Below, one piece after another: positions 46,061 through 52,258 of a DNA stretch of 52,258 nucleotides. The notes under the pieces are model-generated. The model did not search any database. It was given only the letters and a program-made list of their open reading frames with translations, and was not told the DNA's origin. Origin of the DNA: Clostridia bacterium (GTDB lineage Bacteria > Bacillota > Clostridia > Oscillospirales > Butyricicoccaceae). The position numbers and the translations under genes were made by a program. The stretch covers positions 1 to 52,258 of the forward strand of contig JAGAVA010000148.1 in NCBI GenBank assembly GCA_017620505.1, in the 5' to 3' direction. Numbering within the stretch: the stretch's first letter is position 1; each line of letters begins with the position of its first letter.

Positions 46061-48108
46061 AAAATCCGTCCTCTGACAGGGAGCGGTCATTGAAGTCCCT
46101 CCCGGGTGTCGGCCCGCAGCGGTTGGCCCAGCTGAACAAGCTGGGCCTTTTCTCCATTGAGGACCTTCTGCGCTGGTTTCCCCGGGATTATGAGGATCGC
46201 CGCACCATCCGCCCCATCGCCCAGCTGGAAGAGGGGGCAGCGGTGTGCGTGCAGGCGGTGGTGGCCGACGAGCCGCGAAAATCCCGCCTGCCCGGTGGCC
46301 GCACCATGGCCCGGTGCCGGGTGTTCGACAGCACCGGCATGCTGCAGCTGACCTTTTTCAACCAGCCTTATTTGAAAATCGAGCGGGGCAGGGAATATAT
46401 CTTCTTCGGCAAGCCGGAGTTCACCGGCGGCCGCCGTGGCATGATCAACCCGGTGTTTGAGTCGGCCGACGATCCCAAAACCGCCGGAAAATTGCTGCCC
46501 ATTTATCGCGCTACCGCCGAGCTCAGCCAGAATCAGCTGCGAAAGTGGACAAAAGCCGCGCTGGAACTGGCAAGGGGCCGGTATCTGGAGCCGCTGCCTG
46601 CCGATATCGTGGCAAAATGGCAGCTTTGTCCGCCGGAGGAGGCCTTTGAGGCCATCCATTATCCTCAGGATCCCGAGGATGTAAAGAAGGCCCAGCGGCG
46701 GCTGATTTTTGAAGAGCTGTTTGTCTTTTGCTGCGCCGGTCAGACCCTGCGGGGACAGGGGCGGAAGAATCCCGGCCCGCCGCTACAGTATCACGATCCC
46801 GAAAACTTCTTCCGCACGCTGCCCTTTTCGCCCACCAACGCTCAGCGCAGGGCGGTAGGGCAGGCCTTTGCCGATCTGTGCGGCGGCAGCCGCATGAACC
46901 GTCTGCTGCAGGGCGACGTGGGTTCGGGCAAAACGCTGGTGGCCGCCGCCTGCGCCTGGCTGGCCATCCAAAATGGCAAGCAGGCCGTCATTATGGCACC
47001 CACCGAGCTGCTGGCCCGTCAGCACAAAGCCACCTTGGAAAAGTTTCTGGGCAATCTGGACATTCCGGTGCAGCTGCTGATCTCCGCCATGCCTGCCGCC
47101 GAAAAACGGCGGGTGCTGGCCCGGGCACAGAGCGGCGAGCCGCAGGTTTTGTGCGGTACCCATGCGCTGATTCAAAAAGATGTGGAGATTCCCAACGCCG
47201 CCCTGATCGTGGTGGACGAGCAGCACCGCTTCGGCGTTGCCCAGCGCGCCGCCCTCAACCAGAAAACCGACCGGGGACATCTGCTGGCCATGTCGGCTAC
47301 CCCCATTCCCCGGACGCTGACCCTGATCCTCTACGGCGATCTGGACGTTTCGGTGCTGGACGAACTGCCGCCGGGTCGTCAGCCGGTGATGACCCGGATG
47401 GTTTCCGAGGCAAAACGGCAGGATATGTACGGCTTTTTGCAAAAAGAAATTGACGCCGGGGGGCAGGCCTATATTGTCTGTCCGCTGGTGGAGGAAGGGG
47501 AGGAGGGCAGCGACAAAAAGGCTGCCACCGCCTATATCGACCAGCTGCAGCAGGTTTTGCCCCGTTTGCGCATCGGGCTGATGCACGGCAAGCTGAAGCC
47601 TGCCGAAAAAGAGGCTGTCATGGGAGCCTTCGCCGCCGGCGATCTGGATGTGCTGGTGTCCACCACCGTCATCGAGGTGGGTGTGGACGTGCCACGGGCC
47701 ACCCTGATGATCGTGGAGAACGCCGACTTTTTCGGTCTGAGCCAGCTTCACCAGCTGCGTGGCCGGGTGGGTCGCGGACAGCGCCAGAGCTATTGCTTCC
47801 TCATGCATCAGGCCAAAACCGAAACCGCCCGGGAGCGGCTGCAGACCCTTTGCGCCACCAACGACGGCTTCAAAATCGCCGAAACTGACCTGCGGCTGCG
47901 TGGCCCGGGTGATTTCTTCGGCAAACGGCAGAGCGGACTTCCCGGATTTGCCATCGCCGACCTTGCCACCGACATGAACGTGCTGGAGGCCGCCCAGCAA
48001 AGTGCACAGGCGCTGCTGAAAACCGACCCCAAACTGGAGTCCGCGCCGCTGCTTGCCGACCGGGTTGCAGAAGTCATCCAAAAAACCTTGGCATCTTCCA
48101 TGAATTGA
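46057..48108 (+). CDS. recG: ATP-dependent DNA helicase RecG
   Basis: ...RLLQGDVGSGKT (Walker A)...VVDEQHRFGV (DEQH)...HGK....K...M..F..G..DVLV.TTVIEVG.DVP.A...QLHQLRGRVGRG.... The ATG forms an ATGA overlap with the lexA stop. Confidence 0.93.
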   Translation: MKNPSSDRERSLKSLPGVGPQRLAQLNKLGLFSIEDLLRWFPRDYEDRRTIRPIAQLEEGAAVCVQAVVADEPRKSRLPGGRTMARCRVFDSTGMLQLTFFNQPYLKIERGREYIFFGKPEFTGGRRGMINPVFESADDPKTAGKLLPIYRATAELSQNQLRKWTKAALELARGRYLEPLPADIVAKWQLCPPEEAFEAIHYPQDPEDVKKAQRRLIFEELFVFCCAGQTLRGQGRKNPGPPLQYHDPENFFRTLPFSPTNAQRRAVGQAFADLCGGSRMNRLLQGDVGSGKTLVAAACAWLAIQNGKQAVIMAPTELLARQHKATLEKFLGNLDIPVQLLISAMPAAEKRRVLARAQSGEPQVLCGTHALIQKDVEIPNAALIVVDEQHRFGVAQRAALNQKTDRGHLLAMSATPIPRTLTLILYGDLDVSVLDELPPGRQPVMTRMVSEAKRQDMYGFLQKEIDAGGQAYIVCPLVEEGEEGSDKKAATAYIDQLQQVLPRLRIGLMHGKLKPAEKEAVMGAFAAGDLDVLVSTTVIEVGVDVPRATLMIVENADFFGLSQLHQLRGRVGRGQRQSYCFLMHQAKTETARERLQTLCATNDGFKIAETDLRLRGPGDFFGKRQSGLPGFAIADLATDMNVLEAAQQSAQALLKTDPKLESAPLLADRVAEVIQKTLASSMN

Positions 48109-48146
48109 TGTATGATAGGAGTATTATATAATAAGGAGAAATTCCT

Positions 48147-48749
48147 ATGAAAGTATATCTGGTTCGCCACGGGCAGTCGGTGGGCAACGTGAAAAATCTA
48201 TGGTACGGCAGCTCCGACCTGCCGCTCACCGATCTGGGCCGGGAGCAGGCACGACAGGCAGGGGAGAAACTGCGCAACGCCACCTTTGCCGCCTGCTATG
48301 CCAGCCCCCTGAGCCGTGCCCACGAAACGGCAAAGCTGGTGATGGAAGGCCGACCGGAGCCTATGCACATCGTTCCCGACCTGCGGGAGCAGCACATGGG
48401 TCTGTTCGAGCCCAAGTCGGTGCCCGAAATCAAGGCCGAAGATCCAGATTTTTATCAGGCGCTGATGGCCGACTGGGTGCACATCACTCCGCCCGAGGGC
48501 GAGCCCTTTGACACCGGACTGGCACCCCGGGTGGCAAAAGTGCTGGACGACATCGTTGCCAAGGGCAAGGACTGCCTGATCGTGGCTCACAACGGCCCGC
48601 TGGTGTTCGCCATTTCCTATCTGCTGGGTCTGCCCATCGAGGCCGCCGGACGGTTTTATCTGAAACAGGGCTGTTTTTCCATGATCGAAATCGACCGGGA
48701 GGCCATTTACAATCCCAGTCACGCCCTGCTGCGGTATTATAACGTGTAA
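48147..48749 (+). CDS. Histidine phosphatase family protein (phosphoglycerate-mutase/CobC-like)
   Basis: MKVYLVRHGQSVGN...YASPLSRAHETA...IVAHNGPL... Confidence 0.85.
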   Translation: MKVYLVRHGQSVGNVKNLWYGSSDLPLTDLGREQARQAGEKLRNATFAACYASPLSRAHETAKLVMEGRPEPMHIVPDLREQHMGLFEPKSVPEIKAEDPDFYQALMADWVHITPPEGEPFDTGLAPRVAKVLDDIVAKGKDCLIVAHNGPLVFAISYLLGLPIEAAGRFYLKQGCFSMIEIDREAIYNPSHALLRYYNV

Positions 48750-48766
48750 TATAAGGAGTGGTTTTC

Positions 48767-49207
48767 ATGACCATCCGTTTGATGACTGCCGCTGACTACC
48801 CTGCCTGCTACGATTTGTGGCTGCGCACCCCGGGCATGGGGCTCAACAGCATCGACGACAGCTCCGAGGGCATCGGACGCTATCTGAAGCGCAACCCCGG
48901 CACCTGCTTTGTGGCGGAGGAGGAGGGGCGCATCGTGGGCGTGATCCTTGCGGGACATGACGGCCGTCGGGGGCACATCAGTCATACGGCGGTGGACGGC
49001 GCTTTTCAGCGGCGAGGCATCGGCCGACAGCTGGTGGAGCACGCCATGGCGGCGCTGGAAGCCGAGGGCATCATCAAGGTCAATCTGGTGGTATTTTCCC
49101 GTAATGAAAAGGGCAACGCCTTTTGGGAGCGCCTTGGTTTTACCCTCCGGGAGGACCTGATCTACCGCAACAAAAGCATCCGCACCGCTGTGCGGATGGA
49201 CACTTGA
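48767..49207 (+). CDS. GNAT-family N-acetyltransferase
   Basis: ...VAEEEGRIVGVILAGHDGRRGHISHTAVDGAFQRRGIGRQLVEHA.... RBS aaggag lies 8 nt before the ATG at 48767. Confidence 0.85.
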   Translation: MTIRLMTAADYPACYDLWLRTPGMGLNSIDDSSEGIGRYLKRNPGTCFVAEEEGRIVGVILAGHDGRRGHISHTAVDGAFQRRGIGRQLVEHAMAALEAEGIIKVNLVVFSRNEKGNAFWERLGFTLREDLIYRNKSIRTAVRMDT

Positions 49208-49562
49208 GAGGATATTATGAATCACACCCGTATCCTTTTATCGGGACAGCCTGGGTTTCCGCGTTCACCGCATGATAAAGATGGGCTTAAACGTCAAGCA
49301 TAGATTGATACGATTTTCACGAGACCTGCGGAAAACGAAACAGATTTGTGTTTTTTTGCGCAAATCTACAGTTTCTGTAGGTCTTTTGCTGTTCTACTCA
49401 CTTTTTCATGTTTTGCAATGCTTTTTTCCGTAATCTCTGATTTGCTTTTTCAGCAGTCTTTCCGCTACAATAAAATTGTGGTTAAACCAGAAAGTCAGGT
49501 GCGCGCGGCCTTGCTTTTCCTGTGTTTTCACCAAATAAACAACAGATTGCGAGGTCTTAAAA

Positions 49563-50180
49563 ATGTTGCCCCACAGGCAAGCAGGCAAATGTGCGTCAGT
49601 GCTGCTTGGAACGGCCGTCATCGCGCTTACTCTCTCCCAGATCCATGCTCCCGCAGGGCTGGCTGAGGGTGGCACCTTCGGTTTTTCTCTTTTGCTATAT
49701 CATCAGTTTGGTCTTTCTCCCGCCGTCTCCGGCTTTTTCCTGGATATGCTTCTTCTGCTGTGCGCAGCGCGAGTGTTCGGAAAGGCCTTTGTTTTCCGGT
49801 CCTTGCTGGCGGTCGCCAGCTACGCTGCCTTTTATGCTTTATTCGACAGACTGCCCCCTCTGCTGCTCGGCTTAACAGGATCTCCCTTTGCAGCAGCAGT
49901 GGCAGGTGGCTTGCTTCTGGGCGTTGGCACCGCTTTGGTCGTTGGTACCGGAACAGCCTGCGGCGGCGATGATGCTGCCGCCATGGTACTTTCTCATTGG
50001 TTGAATCTACCCCTTGGCATCACATATCTGTTACCGGATGGTATCGTACTGTTGTTGTGTACATTTTTACTTCCGGCACAGATCGCCGTTGGCTCCCTCA
50101 TCAGCTGTCTGGTATCTTCCGGAACAGTTTTGCTGCTTCAGAGTGCTCTGCAAGCCCGCCTTCCCCGGCCAGCAGGTTAG
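49563..50180 (+). CDS. YitT/YczE-like integral membrane protein
   Basis: About 5-6 TM segments. ...AEGGTFGFSLLLYH...TGTACGGDDAAAMVL.... The family call is tentative. Confidence 0.55.
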   Translation: MLPHRQAGKCASVLLGTAVIALTLSQIHAPAGLAEGGTFGFSLLLYHQFGLSPAVSGFFLDMLLLLCAARVFGKAFVFRSLLAVASYAAFYALFDRLPPLLLGLTGSPFAAAVAGGLLLGVGTALVVGTGTACGGDDAAAMVLSHWLNLPLGITYLLPDGIVLLLCTFLLPAQIAVGSLISCLVSSGTVLLLQSALQARLPRPAG

Positions 50181-50324
50181 ATGAAACACTCTGAAAAATC
50201 GAACAAATCTCTTTGATTTTCACACGCGGAACTTTTGTTCCGCGTGTTTTTTCCCTTTCTGAAGGTTCCGCCCCTTGCAGGAATTGCCATTTCGTGCTAT
50301 ACTGTTATCTTGGAGGGATAGACT

Positions 50325-51443
50325 ATGCTTATTTATGACGATATTCGTTTTAGACTGAATAATGTGAAGCCCAAGCTGGATGATCTCCGGCTGGCGCTGG
50401 ATCTGGACAAGGCCAAGACCGAGATCGAGGAGCTGGAAAAGAAGGCCGCCGAGCCCGAGTTCTGGAACGATCCTACCGAGAGCCAGAAGGTGCTGCAACG
50501 CACCAAGCAGCTGAAGGACAAGGTCGCCAACTACGGCGCTCTGTACACCATGTACGAGGACGTGGTCACCACCATTGAGATGGCCGAGGAGATGGAGGAC
50601 GAGAGCCTCTTCCCCGAGGTGCAGGAAGGCTTTGCCGCCTTTGAAAAGGAGCTGGATCGCCAGACCCTCAGCACCCTGCTGTCCGGTGAGTACGACCGCA
50701 ACAACGCCATCCTCAGCTTCCATGCCGGTGCCGGCGGCACCGAGGCCATGGACTGGACGCAGATGCTCATCCGTATGTACGAGCACTGGGCCGACAACAT
50801 GGGCTTCAAGCACAAGATTCTGGACTTCCTGGATGGTGAAGATGCCGGTATCAAGAGCGCTGAAATGCTCATCGAGGGCGAAAACGCCTACGGCTATCTG
50901 AAGAGCGAGAACGGCGTGCATCGTCTGGTGCGCGTGTCTCCCTTTGACGCTTCCGGCCGCCGCCAGACCAGCTTCTCTGCACTGGAAGTTGTGCCCGAAA
51001 TGTCTGACGACGTGGATGTGGACATCCGTCCCGAGGATCTGAAGGTGGATACCTACCGTTCCTCCGGCGCAGGCGGTCAGCACGTGAACAAGACCGAATC
51101 GGCTGTCCGTATCACCCACATTCCCAGTGGTATCGTGGTGGCCTGCCAGACCGAGCGCTCTCAGATCCAGAACCGCGCCACCGCTATGAAAATGCTGAAG
51201 TCCCGTCTGATCGAGATCAAGGAGCGCGAGCACCTGGACAAGATCGACGACATCAAGGGCGCTCAGATGAAGATCGAGTGGGGCAGCCAGATCCGTTCTT
51301 ACGTGTTCATGCCTTACACCCTGGTCAAGGATCACCGTACCGGCTTTGAAAACGGCAACATCGGTGCCGTTATGGACGGCGACCTGGAGGGCTTCATCAA
51401 CGCCTACCTGAAGTGTGCCGCCACCGGCGAGTGGGCCAAGTAA
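50325..51443 (+). CDS. prfB: Peptide chain release factor 2 (single uninterrupted frame)
   Basis: SPF motif (RVSPFDASGRRQTSF) and GGQ motif (YRSSGAGGQHVNKTESAVRITHIPSG). The N-terminus ...LDDLRLALDLDKAKTEIEELE... reads through the position where many bacteria have the +1 frameshift. Confidence 0.95.
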   Translation: MLIYDDIRFRLNNVKPKLDDLRLALDLDKAKTEIEELEKKAAEPEFWNDPTESQKVLQRTKQLKDKVANYGALYTMYEDVVTTIEMAEEMEDESLFPEVQEGFAAFEKELDRQTLSTLLSGEYDRNNAILSFHAGAGGTEAMDWTQMLIRMYEHWADNMGFKHKILDFLDGEDAGIKSAEMLIEGENAYGYLKSENGVHRLVRVSPFDASGRRQTSFSALEVVPEMSDDVDVDIRPEDLKVDTYRSSGAGGQHVNKTESAVRITHIPSGIVVACQTERSQIQNRATAMKMLKSRLIEIKEREHLDKIDDIKGAQMKIEWGSQIRSYVFMPYTLVKDHRTGFENGNIGAVMDGDLEGFINAYLKCAATGEWAK

Positions 51444-51444
51444 A
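51377..51444 (+). repeat. 68-bp perfect direct repeat, copy 1 (last 22 codons + stop of prfB)
   Basis: cggcgacctggagggcttcatcaacgcctacctgaagtgtgccgccaccggcgagtgggccaagtaaa is identical to 51577-51644. Confidence 0.95.
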
Positions 51445-51576
51445 CGCTTTCTACGCCGTCCATAGGGCGCAAGGCGCCCGCGCCGCTTTTGCGGCGTCCG
51501 ATTTTCGGTCATTCACTTACCGAAAATCTATTAAATCCCCTTGGGGCCCCCGCAAAATCATTGATTTTGTGGGGAG
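51445..51576 (+). other. 132-bp hairpin-rich insert between the two prfB-3' repeat copies
   Basis: Hairpins: gggcgc-aag-gcgccc; cgccgc-tttt-gcggcg; gattttcggt-cattcactt-accgaaaatc; ccccgcaaaatca-t-tgattttgtgggg. Confidence 0.8.
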
Positions 51577-51644
51577 CGGCGACCTGGAGGGCTTCATCAA
51601 CGCCTACCTGAAGTGTGCCGCCACCGGCGAGTGGGCCAAGTAAA
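51577..51644 (+). repeat. 68-bp perfect direct repeat, copy 2
   Basis: Exactly 200 bp downstream of copy 1. It is followed by the apparent native prfB terminator. Confidence 0.95.
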
Positions 51645-51656
51645 TCGACTTTTTTG

Positions 51657-51697
51657 CAGATCCCTTGGCTCCGCCGAGGGGTCTGTTTGTTTTTTTC
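51657..51697 (+). terminator. Rho-independent terminator (prfB)
   Basis: cagatccc...ggggtctg stem followed by tttgttttttt. Confidence 0.7.
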
Positions 51698-51719
51698 CGC
51701 CTCTGTGAAAGGAGATACC

Positions 51720-52258
51720 ATGATGCCTTATACTACCGACCGCGTTGAACTGAAGCTCCGGGCAAAGCAGGCCATGAAAAAGGCCGCGCCCAATATCTTT
51801 CTTGTTGCCTTTGTCTGCCTGCTGCTGACCAACGCCCCCACCTTTGTCACCGAAGGCCCCACCCTCCGTCTGATGCTCAAGGCCGACTCGCTGGAAGAGA
51901 TGATGTACATCTATGAAAACGGCGGCGTTTCCGGCGGTTTTCTGCTGTCACTGGCCACCCTTGCCATGAGCATTTTCCTTAATCTGGTGACCTGCGGCTG
52001 GCAGCTGTACGCTCTGCGCGCCTCCCGGGAGGAGCAAACCGGCAGTCTGGATACTCTGTTCGCCTGTTTCCAGCAGTTCTGGCGGTTTTTGTCGGCAATT
52101 CTGCTGATGGGTCTGTTCACCGCTCTGTGGACCATGCTGTTTATCATCCCCGGCATTGTCGCTATGTATGCCTACAGCCAGACCATCTACATCATGCTGG
52201 ATCACCCCGAAATGTCTGCCATGGAGGCCATTGCCGCCAGCAAACAGATGATGCGTGG
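51720..52258 (+). CDS. DUF975-family integral membrane protein (3' end beyond window)
   Basis: Not in the ORF track because no stop falls in the window. RBS aaaggag plus an ATG at 51720. MMPYTTDRVELKLRAKQAMKKAAPNIFLVAFVCLLL...GWQLYALRASREE...LWTMLFIIPGIVAMYAYSQTIYIMLDHPEMSAMEAIAASKQMM... Confidence 0.7.
   Translation, partial: MMPYTTDRVELKLRAKQAMKKAAPNIFLVAFVCLLLTNAPTFVTEGPTLRLMLKADSLEEMMYIYENGGVSGGFLLSLATLAMSIFLNLVTCGWQLYALRASREEQTGSLDTLFACFQQFWRFLSAILLMGLFTALWTMLFIIPGIVAMYAYSQTIYIMLDHPEMSAMEAIAASKQMMR

Noticed and set aside
50325-50420. Programmed +1 frameshift site expected near codon ~25 of prfB.
   Set aside because: The N-terminus (...LDDLRLALDLDKAKTEIEELE...) reads through in a single frame from an ATG. 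No short upstream ORF ending in CTT TGA is present, so this RF2 is not frameshift-regulated.
51413-51643. 76-aa ORF ending in GDLEGFINAYLKCAATGEWAK.
   Set aside because: It is an artefact of the duplicated prfB 3' end. The upstream part is translated hairpin DNA without an RBS.

Overview
This is a high-GC Firmicutes/Clostridia-type chromosomal segment; an Oscillospiraceae/Faecalibacterium-like origin is only a guess from composition and protein sequences. About 16 kb (28.98-44.76 kb, minus strand) is the complete S10-spc-alpha ribosomal protein cluster (rpsJ through rplQ, including secY, adk, map, infA, rpmJ, rpoA). The rest is mostly housekeeping or metabolic: split transketolase, a YggS/DUF436/ECF-S operon, a MATE exporter, lrgAB, RluD-type pseudouridine synthase, VanW, gamma-glutamyltransferase, lexA-recG, RF2. 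I found no CRISPR array, IS element, integrase/transposase, rRNA or canonical defence genes. The first ~9 kb is an accessory patchwork holding two large repeat-rich surface proteins, an orphan LRR fragment, AT-rich filler, a LysR regulator and a probable truncated permease. Signals the gene calls do not explain:
- A 3.9-kb single-gene cassette (1113-aa surface protein) is bracketed by a duplicated tRNA-type 3' end. Only one copy sits in a non-canonical tRNA-like element with a CAU loop, and a second pair of short repeat units (X/Y) flanks the gene in swapped order.
- A PadR-led operon carries a tandemly duplicated, translationally coupled pair of membrane genes (a DUF1700/HAAS-like sensor plus an anchored unknown).
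- A perfect 68-bp duplication of the prfB 3' end encloses a 132-bp hairpin-rich insert.
- The ribosomal cluster contains unusually long, structured non-coding stretches: a ~416-nt promoter-driven leader before rpsJ, a 283-bp rpsN-rpsH spacer, and 137- and 143-bp spacers.
All functional calls come from reading the translations and motifs. No database search was run.
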